64,000 nucleotides of DNA from Bilabrum cf. latius (taxonomy: Eukaryota). Of the stretch, positions 39,474 through 52,900 are shown in pieces. The notes under the pieces are model-generated. The model was not told where the DNA came from, did no database searches, and saw only the letters and a list, made by a program, of their open reading frames with translations. Each line of letters begins with the position of its first letter. Within the stretch, counting starts at the first letter, position 1. The position numbers and the translations under genes were made by a program. Location of the stretch: NCBI GenBank assembly GCA_965178125.1, contig OZ237770.1, forward strand, positions 372,001 to 436,000, given 5' to 3'.

Positions 39474-40733
39474 TCAATCAGAGACCTGGGGCAGAAGGGC
39501 CGCCAGCACCGCATCAGTGTCGGCCTTTGCATCGAAACTCCTTCCTCCAGCTTCGCCCAGCTGCATCGCCACAGCTTGCCCGCCCCTCCCTGCCAGTGCC
39601 ACCCCTGCCCCCGCCCCCGCACCAGCCCCTGCAAACCACCACCGCAGCGCGCCTGCTGCAGCGCCCGAGTGGGAGCCTCCCGAGCTCTCTACACCAGCAA
39701 CCGACGACGATACTCCTTCAGCTGCTGCTGACGATGGTGATGGTGGTGGTGGTGCTGCCTCCCCTTCAGTCGCAAGACAGCAGCACAGTGCGAGACCGCA
39801 GCCCACGCCGAGCGCTCCATCGGCACTCGTCACACTCCGCCTGGCCAGCTCCACGGCCGGGTCCTTCACCCGAAGCACGGGCGAGAGCCTGCTCCCGGGG
39901 TGCATTGCATTGCCCTGCACCAGGCACGGCACGGCCAGCTCCGCGCCCAGGAGACCCAACGTGACCGAACCGAGCACATGCCCGTGTGACAAGCGCGCCC
40001 ACACGCCGGCAGACTCGCCTAGAGCTAGGTTTGTCGACCCGATAGCTGCTTCGGAACTAATGACGGTGCCATCGCTGGATGCGGGCGCAGACGCCGCGAG
40101 CAGAGCCGATGCCCAAGTGTTCCCGCCTGCGCCACCGTGCGATGCACCCGAGCTCTGGCCTTGCCCTCGACAGAATGCAAGCAGCGCTGCAGTGCGATGC
40201 ACCTTTAACAGCCCTGCACCATCGGAATCGGCCCCTCTCACGCTACTGGCAGCTTGCGCCTCTGCCTCTGCCTCTGGCTCCAGCCATGCTTCTTTCATTG
40301 CCACTGGCTCTAGCTCGGGCTGCTCGCCGCACCCATGGCCCACCTCTCCATCCCTGGCACCAAGCTCAACGGACAACTGATGGGCCACCCCGGCACACCT
40401 GCCCAGTCCAACAACGAGAGACCCGCCCCCATCTGCGCCAGCCTTACCGGATCCACCTGCCTCCCCATCATTGCTGTCGGTGAGGCAACATGCCAAGCAC
40501 TCGAATGCGGCGTGCACACACCCCAGGGCGAGCTAAGTGCACGCTACTCCCGCCTTGGCCGCCCCTAAGCCCTCGCCCACCGCATCCACAGTCGCCTTCT
40601 CAGCGTCCTGCCCGGCCTGCGCCATCGATCGGAGCTGCCCGCATGCCTCACGCAGATCCGCACCTGCCCTCGCCAGGAACCGGCATGCATCGGCCCTGCC
40701 CCCTTTCCCACCTGCCCCTATTCCTACCCTTGC

Positions 40734-40767
<34 letters not shown>

Positions 40768-43700
40768 TTTCCTGCCCTAGTCTGCAGACCAGATATCAAT
40801 GCCTCGAACGCAACAATGCAATCGCGCAGACGATCATGAGCCCCACTGGCACCTGCCGACCGGACGACATCGAGCGCGAGCACCGCAATGCCATGCACCC
40901 CAGAAGCGCGTCCATCATCGTGGGCCTGCATGACCCTTGCCGCCACCCCATTCAGCGATGCAACCCCCTCCTACTCGCCTGCTCTGCCTCCTTCGTCCTC
41001 ATGCGCTCCCGCACCAGCCCTTGCCATCAGCGATCGGGCAGCCTTAAGCTTCAACTCGGCTTCCTGCACGTGCTGTCCTGCTTTGGCGACCCGAGCCACG
41101 GCACGACCCTCCTCCCCTCCGCTACCGTCCTTGCTCACTACCACCTCTAGGCAGGCAAGACACTCGTCACACTGCTGCAGGACCCCTCGCGCCGCGTGCT
41201 CCGCCCCGCAGACCGACGCCGCGGATGCTGCCAGCAGGACGGCGCATCCGCTCTCCTCGCTGCAGTGCAATGCAGCCATCAGGCGACAGGCGGCGGCTCC
41301 CGCCCTCAGCCCCGCCTGCTGCCACACTGGACCACCACCATCCTCCCCTTCCCCTTCACCTTCCCCTTCCCCTTCCCCTTCCCCTTCACCTCTCTTCGTC
41401 GACTCATCTCCCATCCGAGCCGCTATAGTTCCCAGGCATTCGGCCAGTCGGTGCACCCCCTCCGCCCTCGATACCAAGCGGATGCATGCCTCAGGGAGGT
41501 GTGACGAGAGTAAGAGGGCGTGCCGCCTGCACGCGGCAAGCGCGCTGAGGGCCTCGCCCAGTACCTCTTTGGCCCGCCCTTTCATCTCGATCGATCGCCT
41601 TGCGTCATCCTGCTTCTGCTGCTTTGCCCTTGCTATTCCAAGGACACTTGATACCACCTACCAACGTGCGATGAGTGAGCCAGCATCTGCGTCCATGGCG
41701 ACAGGACCACCATCTGTATACGATGGATCCATGGCTGCCTCTAAATCGCGGAGGAGGACCCTCAGTATACGAGACCTGGCCATCGATCCACAGCTTGGCG
41801 CACTTGCTTGCTCCCATGTCTGCCCATCCCCGGAAGATGCCCCCTTCTGCCTGTCCTCGTCCTCGTCCTCGTCCTACCTGGATTCAATGGATTCGATGGA
41901 TTCCAGTGCCTCCCTCGCTGCGGCAAGCACGTGCTCTGGGCTCACAGGGGCTCTGCCTCGAGCATCGCCTGCATCTCCACCACTTGCCGGTTTTGCCGCA
42001 GCTTGTCCTCCCCCCCTACCCCTCCCCTGCACTTGCTACTGGCCCTAGCCCAGCAGCATATGAGCCAGCACTTCGCCTGGCAGCTGGCGTGGCACCACGC
42101 TCACTGCCTGTTTGACGGCACCGCGCAAGTTTTCCAAATCCGTTGCATCACCATGCTCAGAACCAGGACAGATACCCTGTGAAAGCTCCCTGAGCAACTC
42201 GGCAGGTCCAGCGATGACCGTCGAATGCTGGGCATGGGAGTGCGTGCGACCACTGGTAGCAGTCGAGGGCATCCCTCCGTCAGTGTGACGATGAGGTGCC
42301 TCGCACAGCAACACCGAGCACACCGCACTCGTCACACTTGATTGCTGCCGCACGGTATCACTGCTTCCTAGTCCATGGCTTGGCCGTCCTTTGCCCTTCT
42401 TGCCCTTGCGCTTCCCCTTGCCGCTGCCTTTCCCTTTGCCTGCACTAGGCCCGCCAGCAACAGTCTCCCCGCATGCACCTGCACCTGCACCTGCACCTGC
42501 ACCTGCACCTGCATCGCAATCGATGCTCGGACCCACCTGACGCATCGACTCCCATCCCAGTGCACCTGCCACCGCCTTCCACACCGCTCCCCTCGCTGCA
42601 CCAGCATGCGATACACCCAGCATTGCGGTTGCAACCTCGTGCTCACTTCCAGGCAGCAAAGCCCGCGCGGCTGCCTCCAGCATCCGCGCTGCCGCATCAC
42701 CATGCACTGCACCCAATAAGTCACACCCTGCGAGCCAACCCTCTTGCACCAACGCACCCGCGCTCGCCACACTCCATGCGGGGACAGAGCCGGGCGCATC
42801 GTCGCTGCTGGGATACCGCTAGGCTGCTGCAGACCATCCTTTCTGAACAGCAGTGCGCAGTTCTAGGAACACATCGCGACTCCCCGCAGTGTCCTTGAAG
42901 GCAGAGTCCTCCGCCCTACTAGCTGGAGCTGGAGCTGAATGCGAGAATGGTCCTTCGATTTCGTCCAGCTGCTGCTGCTGTGGCTTGGTGAGGTCGAGCA
43001 GGTCACGAGCACTCTGTAACTCGCTCGCTTCTTGTGATGCTGACCACTTCTCTGAGTGATGGCATGGTGGTGCCTGGATGGTGCTCTGCATGACCTGTCC
43101 AGGGTCTGCCCCTCCTTCACCGTCAGCTGTGCTCGCCCACCGGAGCATCTGCTCGGCGGCTGCGTCGCATGACGAGCAGGCTCGCAGCGTGGAGGTGGAG
43201 GTGGCACCAGAGGATGCATTGGTTAGCATTCCAGCCTCTTTGAGGACCAAGACTGCCAGGGATACTGGTACCCCGGCCCGGTCGGCTACTGCTTCAACCG
43301 TGGGCATGGGCCTACTACTAGTAGATCTGGCTGTGCATGTGCTGGACGATCGCTCGCTACTCACTGCACTTGGGATGGCTGTCACATTGTCGAGCGAGCC
43401 GGCTATCAATCCCCAGGCAGCAGATATAACAGTGGTAGAAAGCCACCTGAGGCTGCAAACAACTGTGCCTGGTGTTGCAAGAAAGACCCGCAAGGCAGCG
43501 TGCGCGTCTTGGCCGCGCACAGTGCCAGCGTCTGGCCCACTAACGGAAGGCATTGATGCAGCAGCGGCACCTAGCGCCTTACTATACATGAATGCTGGCA
43601 CGTTGGGTGAGAAATTTTGGCTCATGGGCCCGAACGGATCCACACAGCGCCATGCTTCCGGCTGGCAGCCTGGGGCAAGTACAAGTGACGAGGCCTCCGT

Positions 43701-43952
43701 CCGAACGACCGTCGTAGAGTCTCCACCACTGTGACGTCCTAGGAGCAAGGCGATGCATGAATCGTGACTGGTCCGTGATAGCTGCTGCATATCCTGAGCA
43801 AGCATGGCACCGCCGACCGCTTCAAGCGAGTAGCATATGCCAGTGAAGATGGATGTTGCTGTCTCTACTGTACGCCCCCCTACCACATGCGACTCTTCGC
43901 AGCAGTGCTGCTTGATACTTAAACAAACGGTTTCACGCTGACTAGATACCAT
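39474..43952 (-). CDS. Hypothetical Ala-rich protein, ~1492 aa (weak, unverified resemblance to UFM1 E3 ligase UFL1 architecture); 7 in-frame TAG
   Basis: ORFs 39474, 40533, 40971, 42045 and 42819 share one frame joined only by TAG (40533, 40971, 41658, 41874, 42036, 42045, 42819). Terminal TGA at 39474. Central KGKGSGKGKRKGKKGKG tract. Confidence 0.65.
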
Positions 43953-44115
43953 AAACTCTGCCTACTATGAGCGGTAGCTTGCGTTGTCCATTCACTGAAA
44001 TTTCAACACGCTACAAAGGACCACCGTTACGATAAATCAGATCCAAAACTACTGATTCCTGAACGGCACATTTCTGCTTTAGGTCTTGCATAAAGGAACG
44101 TTGTAATCCTTTGTC
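43953..44115. promoter_or_regulatory. Putative bidirectional promoter (163 bp)
   Basis: AT-rich gap between divergent predicted ATGs at 43952 (-) and 44116 (+). Confidence 0.45.
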
Positions 44116-47100
44116 ATGAATGGAATCGTTCTCGAGCAGAATGCGAGCTCTGGAGGCACCTACCGCGCAACTGTGTGCCAAACTGCGTTAGTATTGACGA
44201 TCGTGATTCTCGGGATCTACCTTTCTGTGCAGCGCAATGCCGTCGGAGACCTTGAACTCTACGGTAAGAATAGTCAAGGGTAAATCATTACGCTAAAGGG
44301 CTGCCTGTACTCCCAACGAAACTCAATTCGCCAAACATGAACAAGATCGCATCACCAACTGCGATTTGACCACGCACCGTATCCGTCCCACTTGCAGGTT
44401 TTAACAGCACGCTGCCAATCCATGGAGGAGATTCTGACAATTTCATTGGTGGAAACGCACAAGCTGGCGTTGTTTAGTCCTGGAACGCAACAATCTCTCG
44501 ATCTCTCCTCGACGTCACTGTTGCCGACGACGACCAAAACCAGCACGAGGCACAGCTGCATCGCCAGGTCTGCAGCCAGCAGGCCGCAAGCTTTTTCTTT
44601 GTACTAGTCTTTCCGCTCGTTGCGCTTGCTTGCTGCCCAGGGACTCCTATGGTGGCCGTCGTGAGCACGTGCTGTAAATGGGCCAACTACAGGGCTTTCA
44701 GGGAGCGCGGCGTTGGCTTCTCCGCGCAGTACTGGGTAGCCATTTTACTCACGATTCTGTCGGGTGCAGCTGCAGCCAGCGGCGACGCCTTGTTCCTCTT
44801 CGACACGAACATTCGCAATGGGAGCTTCGTCTCAAACACGGTGGCAGCTTCAGGCCTGCTTCTAGAGCCCGTGCGTCTTCTATTCACAGAGTTGGTGCGC
44901 TGCTAGATCAGGACTGCAAGATCTGAACAAAGTAAAGAACAAACAGTTGCGATTTAGTCCATTGTACTGTGGTGCTTGGGAGCACTATCGTTCTGCCTGT
45001 CCGTCGCCGCTGTCACGCTGATTGTCCTGCAGCTAGACGATGAGGTGCCAGTCCTCAACTGGAGAGTGCTGCTCATCATTCCACTGTCTGCAGACGTGCC
45101 CTCTATGTTTCTCATGCCGGGTGTAAATGATGGGCACCATGTCACGGTAGTGTCTTGCTTGAGTCGACATTCGTCACACAGAAGCTCCGAGCGACACGGG
45201 GGAACCAACGCACGCGCTTCAAGGAACGAATCAAGCAATTCGACTCACGTGGCGCGCACAACAGCAGCAATTGAAGGTGCGGCCCCATCTGCGCATTTCT
45301 CCACGCCGGCATCCGGATCGGACCCAGCCAGCCGACCATCCGGATCGGACCCAGCCAGCCGACCATCCGGATCAGACCCAGCCAGCCCACCTCCCGTACT
45401 GGTGGCACCAGCCAAGGGCTCTGAGTTCATCGAGAGGGGCATGTATTCGATCCAACGGCTTGAACACGAAGTCATGGAGCTGCCCAATGCGGTTGCAAAC
45501 GGAGTGCGCATGACCGTGTACCTCGTGACAGCCGTCATCTACTTTTTGGCTTGGTGGCACGACGGCATCTACATCGCGCGGGGTCGGCCTACTGGCTGCA
45601 AAGTTGGCACAACTCTGCAGTTCGCATTCAGCGACGCCTTCTGGAACAAGAACCCTCTCGAGGTTCCTTTCGTTGGGGTGCTCGTTGGCATTGCGGCGTC
45701 CATCATGTTTGTCGGCTGCAGCCGCCAGCTCCTACCCTTTGGCACCCAGTGCAAGCACGACCCGCTCGGTAGCAGCGACTCCCGGCTCTGCCCCTCATGT
45801 GGAGGATGGTACCTGCAGGGTGCGCTTCCCTTGGCACTTGTCGCCTCGGCTGTGCTCGAGCTGGCCTGGCTGGACCAAGAAGGAGGTTTCGATGGGCAAT
45901 CTGAGCAAGCCAACAAGGTTCGTGCCATTCTGCTGGTGCCGTCCAGGGACACGACACTTGACCCATTCTACCCATTTGCAGGCAAACGATTCCGATCTGG
46001 TGGCACTCTATTGGGCCAGATCGCATGCCTCCTAATATTAGCTAACGAGGCGGTGCTCATCATGACCCTGCTGGTGCGACCGGGCCTCGACCTCGGCGCG
46101 ACACCCAAGACGCAGCTGCGGGCGCGGGTGCCGTGGTACAACTTTGTGATGGCGCGGCAGTTCCTCATCGGATCCATGTACGATCCGACGGAAGTCGACG
46201 TGCATGGAGGCTAGAGCTCGATTCGGAGCCGTGGCGAGCCAACGGAAGGTGGAAGCAGATTTGCTAGCGGCGGCAGCAGGAAGCGCTTTGCTGCTGTTGG
46301 AATTGACCACGGAGGTCGAGATCGAAGCGCCGAATCATCATCGACCACACCTTTACTTGCTGAGAACCGTCAGTCTGCGTCATCGCATGGCTCACTCAAT
46401 GGCGATATCACGGTCGCTGACGAGAAGGCTAGCTCTGCTGCGCCAGGTGGTGCAAGCTCTGCCTCTCAACGCGTTGAAAGGGTATCCAACTCTTCTGGGG
46501 ACCAGCGCGGTATTGCACGCATACGCGCTTCCCCGTCCGCTCTCTCAGGATCACGCCCTCCTGCCCCCTTTTCCAACCAGTCCTGCTCGAGACTGTACCT
46601 GTACATCTGCTGCATCGCGAACGAAAGCAGGCCAGAGGTGGAACAGCAAGTCCTTTCCATCCTGCGCATGGCCAAGGCATACCGGAGGGCAGCGGTGCAC
46701 GACAAATTTCGTGGAGACTTGCGGGCCAAGAACGACGCTGCAGGAGACTGCCGGTGGCTGCGCAACACGTGTCACGAGGTGCACATTGTCATCGACAACG
46801 GGTTGCGGTGGGTCACGCGCGATGCACCCCCGACGTCGATTGGCGGTGGAGTGGGAGCGGAACCAGGTCTCGAACGCCAGCATCGAGTGTATTGCGAGCA
46901 GTACAACATGTTGGTTGAACTCATGAGACAGCACGTCAAAGATTCTGAAGTCTGGGAGGAAGGCGTCAACCATGGCTTTGAGCTCAGCCTCGAGCCGCTG
47001 CTCGAGACGCTGACCCCATACGGCTAGCTGAACTCGTTCAGTCTCATGCAGCCAGGCAAAGGTGGCTGGCACCGCTTCAACCTGCATGTCCACCTGAAGG

Positions 47101-49706
47101 ACATCCAAGGGCTGTGCCAGCGTGGCAAGCGCCACAACCACATCATCGTCCTCAGCCATATCCTGTCGCTGCAGGCCCGGCCGGATTTGCCTCGGGGTTG
47201 CACTGCCTTCGACAACCTACAGCATCCTGATGTTGACGACAACTAGACGTTCCTGCTCTCTCTAGACGCAGACACCCGTTGGGACTCTGTCGGCGTGCGG
47301 AGGCTCAGCTTCGATTTGGAGCAGAAAGCCGAACTCTCTGGAGTGTGTGGGCGGGTGATACCGCAGATCACCGGATCTGGCACGAGCGTAGTACATCGGC
47401 TGCAGTCGTTCGAGTACTTGAGCGCCCATACTCTCTCAAAGAGCTTAGAAGAGGTGGTCCTCGGCAACGTGACTTGCCTACCAGGGTGCTACACCCTGTG
47501 GCGCCTCAGCCACATCCGGCGCGTATTTGCTAGGTACTGCAAGGCTGTCGAGAACGTCAAGGACCACTTCAGCCTCGGCATGGGTGAGGACCGATTTCTG
47601 TGCACGCTGATTCTCGCTGCGGGAGGGCGACTGGCGTACAACCCCAACTCGATCAGCATCACCATTTGCCCAGAGAAGCTGCAGGAGCTCATCGCGCAGC
47701 GCCAGCGGTGGGACATGTCAACTGAGGTCAACTTCGATTTTACGTACACAAACACTGTATTCCTGAGGCGCATATCGCTACCGATCCAGCAGTACTCCTG
47801 CTATAACGTCGTTGCGGCGAAGACCTCGCCGCACACTACGGTTGTTCTGCTGGTGATAATGATGGACGCCGCTATCCAGAGCGTGTTTCATGCGCGCCAG
47901 GGCTGGGGCGCGGGCGTCCAGGTGGCAATGCTTCTGTTTTACCTGCTGATGATCCTCCATCACGATATGCAGCGCACCGATTTGCGAGCTAACCCAACAG
48001 AAACGCCCAAAGGAGTAATCGAAAGGATTCAGGACAACCTGTCGTGGGTAGGGAGGTCTTGGAACACGTTCATCGGCTGCTGCTGCAGAGGCTGCTTGCC
48101 TTCATCTGCAGGGTATGACGCATCTGACTCGGTGCATACACGTCAGCGTGAGACGCTTGCAAGCGGTGGCGCAGCGGGGGCAAGCGTGGCTGGAGGAGAT
48201 CCTGCTGACGACCGGGGCAAATCTGGCCAACCGTCGCGGCCGGCCGGTGAGCTGGATGCCCCATCAGCTGCAAAGGGCCTCATCAAGAAGATCAAGTACA
48301 TCGAGAAGCAGAACGACATGGACCAGAAGCTCAAGGCCTTGTACAAGGAATAGAATCAGCTGGAGTACCAGTACATTGCAATCGCTGGCATGATCAACGC
48401 CACAGTTCTGCTCCTGACTCTCTTCGTGATCGTGGCCGACTTTTTGCGTGTGCGAGACCTGCAGTCTGACATCCAGCTGGCGTTCCTGGGTCTCATTGCC
48501 CTAACCACGCAGGCCATGCTTCTATTGACGGGCGAGCTGTACAGCCAGTTCGTTAGCAGCATATGTTTCCTAGGCAGCATCTCCATATTCTTCTTGTACA
48601 TGAAGCTGCATGCCATCAGCGCCCAGGACACAGCTTCATGGGGCACACGCATCGTGGAAACTCTCGCGCAGCGCGCTGCGGGTGGCCCCACCCCTATCGA
48701 TGACGACGAGGCCAGGAAGATACTGTTCTTTGTGCGCTGGGTGCGGCAGCCTCGGAAGCGACCAGAGATCGAAGACGGCGCTCCAAGTTCAAATCCGCAA
48801 GAAGGCCAGGGGGCATCAGCTACAGCAGCCGGACAAAGCTCAAGTCCGCAAGAAGGCCAGGGGGCATCAGCTACAGCAGCCGGACAAAGCTCAAGTCCGC
48901 AAGAAGGCCAGGGGGCATCAGCTACAGCAGCCGGACAAAGCTCAAGTCCGCAAGAAGGCCAGGGGGCATCAGCTACAGCAGCCGGACAAAGCTCAAGTCC
49001 GCAAGAAGGCCAGGGGGCATCAGCTACAGCAGCCGGACAAAGCCGAGGCACAAGTCAAAGCGCCGCTCCTTCACCGACAAATGAGCCCCGTGATAGAAGT
49101 GCTGTTGTTGATGCTTCTTGTACAGGACAGATTCAGGTGCATGACCGCGACGCATTGTACAACTGGCTCTCGAAGAGCAAAAACCCGTACTTCGCACCGC
49201 AATTGCCTGGAGACCATGGGCGGGCATTTATCCATGAAGTGGCTCTCTCGGTCCTGATGCCGATTGCAGCGCGGCCCACGCTTCCTCCTGTCAGAGCGCT
49301 GAAAGTGGACGGCACTGGGCTTGGTGAGGTTCAGGATCCGCCGGCTACTGAGTGGCGGCACGGCCTTGTGGGAGAGGGCCTTTTCAAGGCAAGCGCACAG
49401 CACGACTTCGAGGAGAGGTGCTTCACGTTACTCGAGGACCTCAAGGCAGACAAGCCCTCGCAGATCGGGTGGTCCCTCTTCATAAGCCTCGCCTTCATTT
49501 TCGGGAATGCCGTGGCTTAGGTCATGTTGGAGCCATACACAGGCGGTGTCAATGTGGTTGCCGCTGTTCTAGTGGGCTCCATCACGGTGGTGGTGGTGCT
49601 ATCTTTCGCCGCCTTTCTGTTCCGGGAAGTGCAAGCCCACATAGAGCTGAGCATTGAGGAGCGCTCCAGGGTCGGCTTCGTTGAGGGGCCTCCAAAAAAA
49701 AAGTAA
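44116..49706 (+). CDS. CHS: Chitin synthase (GT2), ~1818 aa; exons 44116-44263 and 44398-49706; 8 in-frame TAG
   Basis: N-terminal multi-TM region, then catalytic motifs CIANES..EQQVLSILR, HIVIDNG, TPYG, VHLKD..GKRH, LLSLDADT, GVCGRV, QSFEY..H..K..E..G.VTCLPGCYTLWR, GEDRFLCTL and QRQRW, followed by TM helices and SWGTR. Intron GTAAGA..TTGCAG (44264-44397) is phase-compatible. Ends at TAA 49704-49706. Confidence 0.88.
45311..45387 (+). repeat. Coding tandem repeat, ~3 x 27 bp (SGSDPASRP)
   Basis: atccggatcggacccagccagccgacc repeated inside the chitin synthase N-terminal region. Confidence 0.85.
48789..49043 (+). repeat. Coding tandem repeat, 5 x 51 bp (SSPQEGQGASATAAGQS)
   Basis: Near-identical units tccgcaagaaggccagggggcatcagctacagcagccggacaaagctcaag in the chitin synthase C-terminal loop. 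Confidence 0.93.
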
Positions 49707-49957
49707 GGCACAATCCGATCAGGGTCTCAGAAGTAATCCGGATCCATGATGATAAGCAGGGAAGGCAGATCAAACGCTTGATTCTAGATTGCAGACTTTG
49801 TTTTGATTCATCCGGATTGATTTTAGGGTAAAATTTAACTTTGAACTGGCTTTAGAAGCGGAATCACTTCTCAAATTGATACAGGATCCAACACACAACA
49901 CACAATGGAACACAGACACGCAATTAAAACACCCGAATCGCTCCTACACAATGAGCA

Positions 49958-52900
49958 TTACGTTCCTCGGGGCTTACCAGGCGGTGGTCGGGCAGTGGGG
50001 GGCTTCGGCAGTCCGGCTGCCGCAGTTGCCTTGCCCCGCTTCGCCTTTGCTCGCGTCCCTACCTTCTGCTTCTTGGCCCTGCTGGCGGTGCCTTTAGTTG
50101 TAGAAGGAGACCGCTTCGCAGTCTTGGAGCCAGAGCTCCCTGAATCCTTGATCCTCTTAGATCTGGGGGATGGCGGTGAGGGCAATGGGGGCGGGGAGGC
50201 GGGGGACCGACCGCGCGGGCTTCGAGGAGGAGAAGCCTTGACCCTTACTGGGGGGCGAGCAACAGCACCTGACTTCGTTCTAGGGGGGGCTGGGCTTGTG
50301 GCAGGGCTTGACCTGCCTGTGCCTGTGCCTGTGCCTGCCTTGCCCCGCTTGGGTCTGTGGCTGGATTCCACAGCCTTGGTAGACCTGCTGGCACCTGTGC
50401 TGCCGGTCTGCGCACCTTGGATGGATGGGGGCTTTGGTCGCGGCGCTGACGCACTCATCACACCATCCTAGACCGGAAACGCAGGCACGCGCCCACCTGG
50501 GGGCGTTGGCACACCACTGGCACCTGTCACGCCGCCATATCCCGCCCTTGCCCTTGCTCTTGCTCTCGCTCTCGCTCTCGCTCTCGGACTGATGAGCCCC
50601 CTGCCCGGATCATCCACCCCTCCAGCTGTTCCCTGGGGACCACCACTCTACCCCATCGCCCCCGGACTCGTGGGATCGTCCAGAATAGCCCGAACGCGCG
50701 CCCCCACCTCCCTTGTCCTCTTCAGGATCTCCTCCAGGCTGGGCAAAGTGGCCACGGGAGCAGGACGGGTGGAGGGAGACTCGATCGAAGCAGCGGCTGC
50801 ACTCGTCACACCGTCGCGCTCCTTCCTCCGGTCCTGCACCAGGGGTGGTGTCTCGGCGAAGCGCACCCGGCTCCCGCCCAGCCTGCCGCGATCCGATCCT
50901 TGATCCGATCCTGACCCCTAGAATCGGGCACCGGGCTGCCCCGCGACACCACCTGCCCGCCCACCACCTCGGCCCTGTCGCAGCGATGACTTCAGCGCGC
51001 TGTCGCTGGGCGCGGCGCCCCCGCTCCCGTTGCGGAACATGCTCCCAGACAGGAGACCCCTCGTGTCCGTTTCATCACCACTCGCATCGTCTTGCTGCTT
51101 CCTCCCCTGAGTGTCTAGACCTAGGCTGCTTTGGCCACTAGCTCCGCCTGTTGACTAGTCCGTGGGCTCCGATCGACCGCCGCTGCGTGAGGCATCCCAG
51201 TGCGCTCCCATCGATCCCACGACACGGCTCCCCCTTTGTCCACCCTATCCGCCAGCTTGCCTCGCCCCCCCAGGAGAGGCGAAGGCCAGCGGGGATGTCC
51301 CGGCGAGGGCAGACAGGTCCAGGCCTTGAGTCCCACTGCGGGTGCTGCTGCCTGCGTTGTTCTCTGGGCCTGGGTCTGGGCCCGGGTCTGCAGGCGCACC
51401 TTGTCCGTTGGTTGATGAAGAGGTGCCGGCTTGGGGGGGAGTAGAGGGAGACGAAGAGGAATAAGGTGATGACGATGACGATGGAGAGGGTGATACAGCT
51501 GGGACCCGCCCCGGTCCCACTGCGGGAGGACCCGTCCCCCTGACCACTCCATGGCCGTGGGAATGCATCGGGATCTGTGGATTAGCCCAGCTCGATTCCC
51601 ACACTGAGACATGCGGCGCACTGGCCATGCCCAAGCCCTCCACGATGGGACCTGCACCTCCTCCTGGCCTACCTGCCCCAGTGCCGGGCAGCACCCCTCG
51701 CGACTAGGCGGGACTCTAGCCTGTCCACGGATGCATCGCATTGCCGTGGACGCCCCGATCAGCCTCCCTGTTGCCCCCAAGCGCCTGGTGGTGCTGGGGC
51801 TAAACGTGCACTGGCCGTGGAGCGGCAGGCGCGGGGGACGGCACCCACGTGGGCATGGGGCCCACCCCTCCCGTCCTCGTCACCCACGGGTTCCCGTGTG
51901 ACGAGTGAGTCTGGTGTGACGACTGATACGGGGTGGTGGAGCTGGTTCCCGGCGTCAGCGGAGGGGGTGCATAGTGCGGTGGTGGTGGGGAAGAAGAGGC
52001 AGAAGAGGAGGAGGCACCCTATCCTTGGTGCTTCGGCGGAGCGGGCGCACCACCGTGCGATGCACCCGATAGACTCCCCACAGTACCGCCCCTGCTGCTG
52101 CCCCCCTTCTCCCCCCCCGCCTCGACCTCTGCCGCCAGCCGCCGAGCCGCCCTCGCTGCCTCTGCCCGCAGGCTGGCCATAAGCTCGCCGGAGACTGCTA
52201 GCGAAGGAGCGCTGGGGCTGGGACCGTCGGGTGTGACGAGTGATTCGATGGGGCGGGGGGACTCCCGCGCGCGGGTTGCACCCTGGTGACTGGACCCCAA
52301 GGGGATGCCCCCCTGGGGGATTGACCCCATGTCGGGGACAGAGGCAGGGGACACCTGAAAATCCAGCGAGAGTGGTGTCCCCGGCTCGCTGCCATCGTGT
52401 CCGTTCGGCTCCACCAAATCGTGCGGCTGCCTGGCTCCATAGTATACCTCCCTCAGCTCTTCTTTCTATTCTTTCTACTCTTTCTCGTCCTCCTGGCCCT
52501 GGCGCCGGGTCCGGCCCAGTCCCTGTCTATCCGTTTGCCCGGTCTGTTGCTGCCGCTCACCCGCATCCCCCCGCATCTCATGGGCCTTGCTGCCATCCAA
52601 GCCATGGTGCTGCAACCCTGTCTCCGCCGGCATATCACTCGTCAAACCGCCATGGCTTGGATGGGACTGCCAGTGCTCATCCCTCCCCCCATCCGCCCAT
52701 GCAGCAGCGCCATCGTGAGCATCCTGAGCCCCGTCCTGGCCCGTTGCCTGCTGTGAATCGCCCTGCGCCTTCAACCCGCCCTTATTGACACCAGTGGCCT
52801 TTGGCGACGCATCGGTGCCTGCTGGTTCCGCTGCATCGGTCTTTTGCCCGACGGGCAGCGGGGAGCCATCCGCTCGTGGTGACCCGGCTGTCGCATCGAT

